This document shows, piece by piece, positions 49,661 to 62,325 of a DNA stretch of 64,000 bases (the stretch's first letter is position 1; each line of letters opens with the position of its first letter). The notes under the pieces are model-generated. The model did no database searches. It saw only the letters and a program-made list of their open reading frames with translations, and was not told the DNA's origin. The stretch is from Pelomyxa schiedti. Taxonomy: Eukaryota; Protista; Evosea. A program made the position numbers and the translations under genes. The DNA lies in NCBI GenBank assembly GCA_020536535.1, contig JAHLWZ010000803.1:72527-136526 (forward strand), in the 5' to 3' direction.

Positions 49661-52600
49661 ATGAGGGCAACACCACGCCGCGGTCTGCTCGTGGTGCTCT
49701 TCGTGTCGGTGGCGGTGCTGTGCGGTGGGTCGTCGGGAGAGGTGCGGGGCGCGGTGCGCGGGGGCTCCACGAGGGCGGCGGGTCGGGGAGCCGGCGCCGG
49801 AGCGGGGGCAGTGCCCACGGTGGAGGGGGGCGCGAGGCCGGTGTTTGGGTGGAAGGTCCTGGACGATGCCAATGGCCCTGCCCCGAGGAACGTGATGCAG
49901 ACTGCATATCAAATCCTTGTCGTCAATGTTGGTTTTTATTTCTTAGTTTTTACTTTTTATTTTTGTTTTTGTTTTTTTTTTTTTTTTTCAATGTTTGAGG
50001 AATCCGTGCTGCCACGTTCTTTCAAAATAATAACAATAAAAAAAAAAAAAAAGAATGAGGGAGAACTTGTTTGGGATAGTGGAAGAGTTTCTTCAATGCA
50101 ATCACAAAATGTGGTGTATGGAGGACCAATGCCGCTACTCACTAATTCATATTACCAGTGGTCTGTTAGAGTGTGTAGAGAACATCCCCCCCCTCCCCTT
50201 TCAATATTGCATTTGAGCATACTTTTCCCTTTTAGTAAAATGCCTATTAGGTGTGGACTAACTCTGACGAAAGCTTCTCCTTCACTGGGCCATTTTTAGT
50301 TGTGAGTTCCAGTGAACTAGATAATGCCACATGGATTGGCAGTAACTCCATCACTATGAACGAGATAAGGAAGGTAAAGTTGGATATTTCTTTACTGTTT
50401 ATGTAAAAGACATAGGAATTTACTGTGCCCTCTTCTATTCGAACCGCCATTGCTTATATCAGTGGCATTGGATACTATGAACTTTATGTGAATGGCGAAT
50501 CTGTGGATCCAACACGTAAACTTGATCCAACCTGGACTCTGTATGAGGTATTGTGCACTGTTACATGTAATATCCTTTGAGGTCTCATTTAGAAACGCGT
50601 AATGTATGTAACATATGATGTCACATCTCTTTTGTACAACGGAGGAAATAATGCCATTGGGGTTATGCTTGGGAATGGCTGGTATTCCCAGGTGTGCATG
50701 TTTGGTTTCTGTGGATTTGATTCCTGATTCTTCCAGGACCAATGGATTTCGTGCCAATCTGAGTCACGTTATGGTCCTCCAAGAATGATATTTGCCTTAG
50801 TTATCCAGTTGACAACTGGTGACACTGTGACACTCTATTCAGACACCACTTGGATGGGTCGTAAGGGAGCCATAACTCAAGTAAGGTTTGTCTTACTAAC
50901 AGTAAATTTACATGAAAACAGGATAGTGTTTACCATGGAGAGCACGTGGATGCCCGGTTACTTAGACCTGGCTGGACGGAACCTGGCTTTAGTGATTCAA
51001 CTTCACTGTGGCTTTCTGCCGAGTCCATGAGATCTCCTGGAGGAGAATTGACTCTTATGGCAATGGAGCCTATCAGAACAGAGGTGCGAATACAACGGAA
51101 TTTTATTTACCGTGCTCAAAAGGGATTAGGAAACAGAACTCTCTGCTTTGTCGTGCACATATAAAGCATTCAATACATATATCTACGACTTTGGGCAAAA
51201 CTTTGTTGGATGGGTAAGAAAATTTTCTCGTAAGTAGTGACTTATTGCACCTCAGGTAAAGTACCATGTTGTTGGGCCTGCTGGTTCTTCCGTCACTGTA
51301 ATAGTCTTTTTCTTGATCTCACAATCTAATCGTTTCTCAGATTAAATACATGGAAATTGCGGAGCACCCCGCAAGTTCTGATAGCATCTATACTGGCATG
51401 GGATATGTGGACAATTTGCGTGGAGCTGTTGTCACAGATCATTATATTCTATCAGGAAATTCTTCTGGTGAGACCTTCGAACCACGATTTACTGTTCACG
51501 GCTTCCGATATGTGGAGGTGCTGCACCTATTTTTTTTTTAAATTTTCTCAGACAAAGTTAGGTAAGACATAGTTGGTCCACACCTTCCCTTTCAGACATT
51601 AAAGGTGTTGTCGTTCATTCTGATGTCCCTGAAGTGTGTACTAAGTGTTCTTTTTTTTTTTTACATTAACGTGCTTGGGAAGGTCGGCACTTTCGAATCC
51701 TCTGATGATTTGCTCAACTCCATTCATCACAATGTTGTATGGGGCCAAAAAGGGAACCTTATGTCAGTGCCTTCTGGTAAGAACAATTTTATGTCATTTC
51801 TCAAGTCTGACATTGTAAGACTGCCCCCAACGTGATGAGCGGAAAGGGTGGATGGGGGATGCTGCCTTGACAGTTGATGAAGCAATGTTCAACTTCAATA
51901 CACAATCTTTCTATGCCTCGTTTTTACAACAAATTGCGGATAACCAGGGGCTCACTGGGGCTGTTCCAGACACTGTGCCCTTCTCATTTGGGTCACTTCC
52001 CGCCGATCCGAAGTATGTCCTCCACATAATACCCAGTTAATAACACCTTCCTCCCTAAACCCTAGCTGGGGAACAGCATTAACAACAATCGCCTTCAATC
52101 TTATTGACCATTATGGTGACACAGAAACAGTAGCGCTTTATTATAACAATATCGTTCAATGGGTGGACTATCTGGTTCAGCGTGCTACCGAAAATGGTCA
52201 CTTAGGCCTTGGAAAGATGTATTACAATTACGGTTTCATATTTCCTTGGTTTCCATTTCACTGAAGAGTCTAAAGGTGATTGGGTTCCTCCTCCACCAGT
52301 GGGAATGACCAATCAGTCACTTTGCTCTTCCTTCGCCTTGTTAATTGACCTCCAACATCTTGCCACGATAAGCAGTTTGTTGAACCACCCTGATGATGCT
52401 TTGTATCCTTTCTTTCTGATGTTAACGCTAATTCCTTCCACTTTACCTCTAGGTACTACACAGATCTCTACAATACTTTTGCTGAAGTATTTTTGCACAA
52501 TTCATGTTCGTTCTGTAATATTTCTTTGTGCAGGAGTTCCACCAAGTTTTTTACAATAAAGAAATCAGTGGTTATGCTGATGGAAAGCAAACCGCCAATG

Positions 52601-53742
52601 TACTTGCACTCACTGCCAATGTAGCTCCTTCTGATGTCAAAGTGCGCATTGTGTTTCCCCTTCTTCATTCTCTGATTTTAGAAAGGATATGGTCATAACA
52701 TCGCTTCTAAGTGATATCGCCGCCTATGACACTCATCTTACTACTGGGATTATTGGAACAAAGTAAAAAATCACATCTCACTCAGTTACCCATACCCTGA
52801 AGATATTTGTTTCCTCTTCTATCTGACTTGGGCTACCACGAAATTGCACTGCAAATTGCACAACAAAAGTCTTATCCAAGTTATGGATATATGATTAGCA
52901 ACCCCTACGAGAATGCAACAACCCTGTGGGAGGTAATCACTCTTCTTCTGGCCTCCCGTTAAAGGAGACACAGCTCTGGGATGCTCCTTTCGAGGGACCT
53001 GGAATGAACAGTAGAAATCATATTATGTTTGGCTCCATCGATGGATGGTTTTATAGATACTTGGCTGGTGTATGAACAATTATGTCTTCTGCGCATAAAC
53101 ACTCATTTTCACCAGATGAATCCCAATGGATTGGAAGAAATTTCATTCACACCACCCACCCTCAAGCACGACCAATTGCAATTCGCACGTGCCTCCTACG
53201 AGTCTGCAAAAGGACTCATTCTCATACACTGGCAATGGGTTAGTGAAGACACTTACCAAATCGAAGTTCAAGTTCCGCACAATACTCGCGGTGTCATCAG
53301 GTTTCCTGGTGTGTTCAGTGTTTCCGCACCATTGTATTCATTGATAACACCCAGAGTTCCCTGTACTGAAGCTCACAGAGGGTGATTCAATTATTTTCGA
53401 TGGTTTGAACGTTGCTGACCAGGCAGCCCTAGCTAAGACTGGGATATTAAATACCGTCGTGGTAAGAAATCGTCTCACATTAGGTGGGATTCTCTAACAG
53501 TGCTAACCTCTCCTTCCCAGACACCACAAGGACAAGTTTCCATCACTATTGGCTCTGGACATTTCAGTTTCTACACAGTTTTTGATACAACCACCAGCAC
53601 CACAGCACACCAGCAAGTTAGTGGCCCCAGAAACGGGGTTTTCTCCGAATATGTTTCCGGCATGGCAGCCCATGACTCACAACTTATGGCACAGGCAGCA
53701 GAGACAATGGCGCAGTTGATAAAGATAAAGTACCACCACTAA
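49661..53742 (+). CDS. Secreted alpha-L-rhamnosidase (GH78), multi-exon
   Basis: Signal peptide, QTAYQILV...WDSGRV, DFGQNFVGW, PRFTVHGFRYVE, DCPQRDERKGWMGDA and ATTLWELW...MNSRNHIMFG. Confidence 0.93.
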
Positions 53743-54038
53743 CACAAGACAGAACAAACACCTTGTTTTACAAAGAAAGGGAGGAAAAAACAAAAAAAAA
53801 CTTTTCTTTCGTTCTACGAGATACGAGATAGAATCACTAAACTTTAATATAAGTGCTGCAACTGCACCAGGCCTCGCGACGACCGGGAGCGCATTCCATC
53901 CCATCCACATCGCAGCTGTAGTCACTGTCCCATAATTGCAGTCTGTAAGCAACACCACCAAGGCACTCCATCGCAGCGAGCGGAACAAAAAGTCAATACC
54001 CAGCAACATCGAGAGGAAACTACACACATACACCCACA

Positions 54039-57000
54039 ATGGCGATGCTGAGAACGTCGTACGAGTTGAAGAAGAAAATTCCGCCGATATGGTCAGGGGG
54101 TCCCGTGTGCGTGTCAGACTGGCCAGGTGCTCCAAAGCAGGTTATTGTGGCCGCGACAGATTCCGCCGTGTGCGTTTCTGATGCATTGTCCGGCACAATG
54201 CTACACACCATAGAAATGGTTCTTTTCTTTACATTTCTTTCTTTCTTTCTTTTCCCTTTGGATGAGATATATTTCTGATCAAGAGGTTGTTTTTTTTTCC
54301 CCCCTATAATGGACATTTAGGGTAGCAATGTTACTAGTGTGACAACAAGGCCACTGGCTCATAATGGAGGGTATCACGTCATATCTGCAAGTATGAACAG
54401 AAGGGTTCTTGTTACCAGTCTTGGGAGCGATTTTGCATCAACCACTCCAGTTAAAGCTATTAAGGTACATCATCGTTTTTGTTGAGTTTTCTCTTTGACT
54501 GTTAACAATTTTTTAGTGTCCAGCTGGCTTTGTTATGTCTCTTTGCTGTGACTCTACCGGGACATTTCTTGCAATGGGTACCACAGTTGCAAAGGTATCT
54601 GTGGCTGTATGCAATTTTACGTGAATCTAAAACAAAACACAAGTTGTTAGTGATTGATATTGAAAAAGGCTATTTCACTCATAACTTAACTGGGCACACT
54701 GGAATTGTGAGTCCTGTTGTTTTCCATCCAGACAGCAGTCATCCCTGTGTTGCTGCTTCATCAGCTGATAATATCATTAGATACTGGGATCTAAGTAACA
54801 ACACGTAAGGACTAAATTTCGTGGCTTTTTTATATTGTTGTAACCTTGATGCAGGCATATTGCCATGTCCACACATCAGAGCACAGTCGTTTCTTTGGCG
54901 TTCACCCCAAATGGAGCTTACCTTGTCTCATCTAGTATTGACAATATAATAGCCATATGGAATTTAAGGACAACAAATCCTGTTGCCGTCATTCCAAGTG
55001 AAAATGTAGTAAACTTTCCTCTCTCTTTTACTCATGTAACTCCCAGGCTATTCACAGTCTCACTGTTTTACCAAAATTATGGTTTGACCCTACTGTCTGG
55101 ACATCACCACGTTGAGTCTCTCCCTCTTTCATTGTGGAATTAACGAGATTTTAGCGGCGAAGTCCTGCAGCCAAGTGATTCTTGGCGCTGGTGATCAAGG
55201 TGGTTTTAAAGGGTGGAGTCTGGAAGATGGACAGTTATTGTGGTCGGACGTTAGTCCTGTAGTTCCACCTACATACCTAGCCCTAAGGTGTGTAGGCGCA
55301 AGATGGATCGTGTAGATCTTTACCTTTTCTAGGTACTCGACTGCTTTAGAAAAACTGTTTCTGGCAACTCACGAGCAGGATATCATTATACTGAATAAGA
55401 AGTTGAAGCCTGAATCTCGGCTTGTGGGGAACAGGGGCGAGATTATTGACCTTGTGTGGTTGAATCCAACGGATTATCGACCCAACGATACCGTAGTTGT
55501 TGTGACTAATACGGATAAGGTTACTTTAAAATGTTTTAGAAATAATCTTATTCAAAATAGGTACAACTTCTCGACTTAGTCACATACCAAACAACAATGC
55601 TTGAAGGCCACACCGCTGTTGTGATGTGTGCTGCCGTGGATCCAAAGGGCAATTCACTTGCTACCGGCGGGAAGGATAACACTATTCGGGTCTGGGACCT
55701 GCATACTTTGAAGTAAACTCAATTTGTCTTGCTCCTCTGACTTTGGGCAGCTGTATTCATGTGGTAGATGGCCACACAAACGCAGTTACAGCGATAGGGT
55801 GGACATCACCAATTGCCTTCTTCTCTGCCAGTTCTGACACAACACTGAAATCCTGGATGATAGTGAAAGAGAAAGGAGGTGTAGTTAATGTTGTGACAAA
55901 AGGTACAGTCAAAGCACACGACAAAGACATCAACTCCATTGCAATTGCCCCAAATGGGATGGTGGCCACAGGATCCCAGGACAAGAGTGTTAAGGTACTT
56001 CGCCAAGTTATACACAAGGGATTAAGATTAATTAGCTTTGGAGTTCCAAACTAGAACCTGTTGGTTCCCTCATTGGCCATAAACGGGGTGTCTGGAGTGT
56101 GGAATTCAGGTAAACGCCCTTTTATCTCTGACGTCTAACCGAATTTTAGTCCTGTTGATCAAGTTGTGGCATCGGCATCTGCGGATGGCACGATTAGAAT
56201 CTGGGCAGTATCAACCCGAATTTGTGTTAGGGTGAGCACTATCCCCCTTGGGGATCCTCTAACCGTTTGTCAGGTACTGGAACACCACGGTGCCCCTGTG
56301 CTGAAATCCCATTTCCTCACTAAGGGAATGCAATTAATTTGTTCAGGCAATGACGGTTTACTCCGACTCTGGTCCTTAAAGTCAACTGAGTGCATTGCTA
56401 GCTATGACGGCCACACAGAAAAGGTACTTCGTATATTTTTTCAATTAAGACTTACACAACTCAGGTGTGGGCATTGACAGTGGGTGGCGATGGCAAAACT
56501 CTAGTTTCAGGTGGCGCTGATGCCACCATTGTTATCTGGAATGATAACACGGAAGTAGTAGAGCGAGCAAAAAAAGAAGAGGAAAACGCCAGTATTCTAA
56601 AGTAAAACACATACAACCTGTCTTGAAACTTAAAAAACAACGAACAGATTGCAGGCTTTGAATAACTTTTTGTACACAAACCAGCATATAAAGGCCTTGG
56701 AACTGTCTCTTGAACTTAATCATGTATCCTCCCACAAATTAATGAGTGCACTCACTTTCTGAAGAAATTAAAAACCCTTGAAATTCTTGAAGCAATTATT
56801 GACTGGGAAGTGTTCCCTGTGCGTACCTGTGTTTTCTTTGTTTAATTTGACCACTATAGTGTGTTGAAAAATTAGAAGCCGTTCTACTCCAGCTGTCTGC
56901 TCCCAATCTTATGAAACTCCTGGGATTCCTACGTGATTGGAATACCAGTGCCAAGAGGTGCGACGTGGCACAAGCAGTGTTGTATTGCCTTCTACGGTGG

Positions 57001-57313
57001 TACGATGTCAACAAGTTCGTGGGGCTAGCATCCCCACAAGCTAGATTGGTATGCCACAAAACCCAATCCTACCTAATTTATCCTGTAAAACAACCCCAAT
57101 CCTAATACTTGCACTTTAAAAAAAAAACAAAAAACAACACAGACTATTGAGGCATTGATATCCTACACCGAGAGACACTACAACCGCATGTGCTTACAAC
57201 AACAATCCTGTTGTCTTCTGGACTACGCATTAACAACTCTGGGCCTCCCCTCTGACATTCTCCAAGTCAACACATCGACAACACCCTCTGCCCCAAAACT
57301 TTCTTCAAGCTAA
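54039..57313 (+). CDS. UTP13: U3 snoRNP-associated protein 13 (UTP13/TBL3), WD40 repeats
   Basis: N-terminal PIWSGG, multiple WD40 repeats (KAHDKDINSIAIAP, GHKRGVWSVEFSP) and the Utp13 C-domain (LRDWNTSAKRCDVAQAVL, YTERHYNR). Confidence 0.92.
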
Positions 57314-57356
57314 ACACCTTTCTGTTTCTCTCTTACAAAGGGCATTCCATTTTTCT

Positions 57357-58815
57357 TTATTCATTGTCTGAGGAATCAGATACACCATTATCACTGTCTT
57401 TTGGTTTGGTTTTGGGGTGTGTCCCTGCTTCTTCTATCATCGGCTCTGAATTCTTTGTTTCGTGAGGTGTTTCGTCTGAAACATCGGGTGTACCTGTGGG
57501 CTGTGTTGGTGTTTGTGTTTGTGTATCACTTGAGGAGGTTGAGGGATGTTTGTCAATGACGGATGAAGCAGGTGTGTCTTGGGGTGTTTGTTGTGTGGCT
57601 TCTTGAGTGCTAGTCAAGACTGCGGCTGAAGAAGCCGTAGTTGTTATTGTAGTTGTATTTGTTTCGGTATTACTGCAGGATGCAGTGCATTCTGATATTT
57701 GTGGGGGAATTGTACTTTGGGCAGGCGTAGCAAAGAAAATGGATGGCTCCCTATCACTTGCCCGCTCCTTTGTTTTAGATAAGAACCAATGTGAATCATA
57801 ATCCAAAAGACGTTTCCAAAAGTGCTAAGGGTGTGTTACTGATAATTTTTGATTGGTAGAAGAGCAAACTTTAAGACTGTCTGTACAATTCCGTAATTGA
57901 TTATTGTCCTCTATTTCCCTAGAAGGGTAAGTGCCAAAATGTATTTGGGATTTCTGATACTTCGTGAAAAATTCAATCAGAGGCCGGCGATATTTCTCGA
58001 AGCCAAGTTGGCCCAAACTGGTGATAATGCGTGTAATTCGTAAGTTGTTGTGTCCTAAAAAGCACGGAAGAATTGAGAAAGAGATAAACAGTCATCTTTA
58101 AAACTACCAGACCAATTTAAGTTTTCATATCTATCTTTCCAAGTAGGTATATCGGAGAGCCTAGCAACAGCACCAGTCATTTCATCAAGAAGTTGGATTC
58201 CATAGAAACGAAGCATAAGTCTATATGACTTTATGACTCGGCGTGCAATCTTCATAGGGTTAATAAAAGCAGACCACCTTTTACTTACTTCAATATCCTT
58301 TCTCATGAAAGCAGCTTCATCTTTCTCAAGAGCACTGGCACACCAATTCACTCCATTTCCTTCAAACATGGGGAAGAGCCACTAAATAGAGTAAGGGGGA
58401 AGCTTTGCGAACGGGAGATTGCCTGAATGAATGTATGCTCATATTCCAATCTCTCGAAGTCCCTTCGTGTAATAAGAGTGAAAACCCACAATTGAGATTA
58501 AAAATACCACTCATAGACCTCATCAATGTAGTGCCCAGATGGTTTCATAGGCTTCACGCCTTTGTAGAAAAGGTAGTTACTCCCTTTATTTTTTTTTATT
58601 GGCATGAATTAGACCACGAAAGTAGAATATTACGAGGTTGACTGAGCAGTGTGGTGCGCACATCAACGTTAAAAAGCAATTTTTTTTTTTTTAAAAAAAA
58701 CGGACAAACCACGACAAGGCCATTTCTTCGTAGGTTGTGCAGTTGGGGGCGTCACTTTAGCTGCATCGTCGTCGTGATTGTTCCGCTTGCTCTTGCCATC
58801 AGTGCTCTTCCACAT
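57357..58815 (-). CDS. Opioid growth factor receptor (OGFr_N) domain protein
   Basis: LEYEHTFIQWLFP, GVNW, SYRLMLRFYGIQL and HNNLRITRIITSLGQLG, followed by an S/T-rich tail. The start is approximate. Confidence 0.88.
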
Positions 58816-59079
58816 TCAACGGAAATTGTACTGTTATCAGATCGTTTTATCAACAAACAAATTGGGGTCTCAGTACCCACAAACTGGGCTCTCAGTACCA
58901 ACTTGGCCACATGAGAACGCTACGCGTGGACCGAGCTCTCTGCTTCTGGACGTAAGGCAGGCCACGAGGTCCCGAACCTAATTTGGAAGATATCCAAACC
59001 CCAAAATCAAGTACATGGGTGCAACATGCTCCCGACCGTTTTGTTTCCTCCAGACAGTAAAAAAAAACGGGAAGGAGAA

Positions 59080-60454
59080 ATGGTAACAAAGTACGAAGTG
59101 TGTGGGGAGGATGACAAGAGTGTGGTGATGGTGGACTTGTCCACCAAGGAGGAAGCTCCTTGGACTTCGTTGGTGCCACGAGAATTGTGGGATAAATGTG
59201 TCTCCAGTTTCGAGTTGATGCTCTCAAAATCCCCTCAACCAGGTTGGTCATTGCTTCTTTGCCAATTATCCAACTGAAATTACAGACCCGCCACCAGATA
59301 CAAAGACTGTGAAAGTCACTGAAGCGATGAAGCAATGGCAAAATGAGAACCCCAGCCGGTCGCTGTTCGAGGTTAAATCGGTGCAGAGCAAGGTTGGGGT
59401 TGTGGGATCGAAAGTGAGTCTGTCACAGTACGCTCTTGGATCATTGCTGCTTTCAAATCAGTGCCCAAGGTATTGTTCTGTGAGGGAATATATTGACAGG
59501 TGAGAGTATCCAGCTCTTCCTTGAAATATTCAGAATCAACGAATTTCCCAGTGGATTCACTGGGCATGCCAAATTGGACTCTTTGAGAAATGGGTACCGC
59601 TTTCTTCCTCTGCTTATTGTCAATTTGGTTCTTTCAGTGTGCATCTCCTTCTATATATTTCCTCTGATCTCAGTACTCTGACTATCTGCGAAGGTCCTCT
59701 CAGTTGTCAATTGGTTTCCTTCCATTTTGTCAACCGGCACCCTTGCAATTGGAATTTACTTATTTGTTACCTTTTACGTCATTCCCTTTTCATGGAAAAA
59801 TAACTTCTTGCCTGGTGTGTCCCCCCTTCCACATTCCATCATTACCAATAATGAAACAACAAAACCAGGTGCAGTGCTGGTGTTTTCCATCCTGGGGTGT
59901 CTTTGCACAGTTAGTGGGTTCATCTGGAAAATGATAGATGAACCAATATCCGTGTATGACTTTGCATTCTGGTACATGCTCTGGCCAGCCATCTGCGGGT
60001 TTCAGTTTGTGTACCTGTGCCTCAGCACATGGTACCTCCTCCACATGTACCTACTGTTCAAGAACATGTCAGACTCCACTTGCGTGCCTATTCCTCAGGT
60101 CTATTTCCTTTTCTTCCTTCACTTTCTCACACTAAACAGGTCACAATTCTCACATTCGAGATGTGGATGTGCTGGGGTTTGATTGTGGCAGCAACTATTA
60201 ACGGCATTGCAGGAAGTGTTTTTGGTTTTGTACTCACAGACTTTCACCTGGTTCCCATTTTTTGGATGATGTTTATGTGCATTCCACTGCTGATGCCTGC
60301 TGGAGGCTTTTTCATTGGGATGATAGTCAGGGGGTACCCAAAGAGGGTTTCTGTCTCTGGCCTTGTGGTGGCATGTGTTGAGTTTGGGCTGGGGGCAGTG
60401 CTGTGTATCATTTTTGGAGTCACTGGAGAATTGTGGCCTGCTCATTGGAGTTGA
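59080..60454 (+). CDS. Uncharacterised polytopic membrane protein, paralog B (multi-exon)
   Basis: SLVPRELWDKCVSSF, GSLLLSNQCPRYC, WPAICGFQFVYL, VPIPQVT and GYPK all align with 9939-11286. Confidence 0.8.
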
Positions 60455-60600
60455 TGTTGTTGGATGTTTGTACTTCATAAAACAGTTTGTAATACTTGTT
60501 GCAAACTCACCCATACTTTATTCCATGCACCCTCCCACAACATTCAGTCCCATCAGGTAAGTTTGTGATCCTTGACTACAGCTGCAGCGGAGGCACATGG

Positions 60601-60752
<152 letters not shown>

Positions 60753-60928
60753 AAAGAAATTGGTGTGGTACACAGCAATGACAATGATGGGGAAAAAGCC
60801 ATCACCCTGTAATTGTAGTAACTGAGAAGGAAGGAAAACAAAACCCGTATTTATATTATATTTCCTGAGAATCAACATTCTCTAGAGACTGACTGTAGAT
60901 GGTGGTCATCTAAACATAATTGTACATA

Positions 60929-61631
60929 TTATTTCCTGAGAATCCGTGTCAGCCGTTCCGGCATTGCATGGAACTTATCCTCCACAAAAGGAACAATCAG
61001 TGTGAAGGCAACAAAAGCGGCAAGGAGGAGGACAAGAACACCAGTCAGAATCCCAGCAGCTAAGCACACCCATACCCAAGGCGACATCAACACTGTGGTG
61101 CTTATCAAGTCTTCGTTGCTCACCCAGCAGTCCCAGGTATCACCAACTTCCAATCCACTCAAAGAATCACTGCACTCAGCTGGACCACACAACAGGTCTT
61201 CAGGGATCCCGCACTCAGGGAAGTCCACCGACAGGATGGGCCTGGAGACAACAATTTCCTGTGCCTGTATCGAGCTGCCAGCGACCTGTTTACAGTAGAC
61301 AAGTTAGTTGTTGTAAACGGTTAGCAAAGAAAGAAAGAAAATGAATGCACACGGTGCCGATTGTGCATGAACACTGGTATGCACAGCAGGAGCCTGAATC
61401 ACTGTCTGCGCCGCACTTGGTTGTGATATACTGAGAAGCCACCTCGGCAGTGAAGACCACGCACCTCTCTTTCCCCGAGCTGTTCGACTGTCTTATGAAA
61501 CTGACCATGAAGTAGAAAGAAGTCAGGGGAAGAAAGCTCACAAACAGCCACGTCACTATTGAAAAACGAGCCCACTCAGCCCATCCAGGGTACTTATTGA
61601 ACGTTCTTGTGCAACAATTCGGCACTTTCAT
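60929..61631 (-). CDS. Two-TM protein with Cys-rich ectodomain (one intron)
   Basis: TM1 (FSIVTWLFVSFLPLTSFYF), a Cys-rich loop ending LEVGDTWDCWV, and TM2 (WVCLAAGILTGVLVLLL). A GT-AG intron joins ORFs 61290-61631 and 60929-61228. Confidence 0.7.
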
Positions 61632-62325
61632 TTTTGTTGGTTTGTTGTTGTGCGGTTTTTTATTTGGTTACTTAAGTGGGGAGGGGGGGGGGTGACCATC
61701 GTCTCCCAGCGGTGCGTCTTTCCTTCTCAACTTTTCTAGAGCCAAGTCTCCTTCCATCATCTGCGCTAGAGGCAATATCAGTCCTAGCCATGATAGCTGT
61801 TACATCGCAATATGTCTGGGAGTGTGTGATTCTGCGAACACACAGGCAAACTGTGCGCAAGGCACACTCGCAAGACTCGAGACTGGACACTCAGAGGCTG
61901 AGTCATCACTTACCAAGTTCGGAAATCAAGTTCACAGAAACATCATCGAAATACCCAAGACCTTTCCTTTGACTTTGGAATCCTTTATCAACGCACACCG
62001 AGTTCACCTCATTTCTATACAAATATACAAAAAACCTCAACACAAACACACCCAAATGTATCCATCCATTCCAAGATGAATAAAAAACTTTGTGCCTCTT
62101 TGTCTCTTTTGGTGCAGTTTCCCACTGAAGGAAACAGGAGCTTCCATGAAGGCACACCTCACTACCATGTTACTGAGGGCACCCTTCCCTAAGGTAGACA
62201 TGGTGAGATGCCTGACAATTTTGACATGGATATACTCCCCAGGTAATGTCCTGGCACTTGTTGCTCAGTACACCGGAGGGCGAATCAAATGAGAAAAACA
62301 GAATTTTTTAGTGAGCAAGGCAGGG

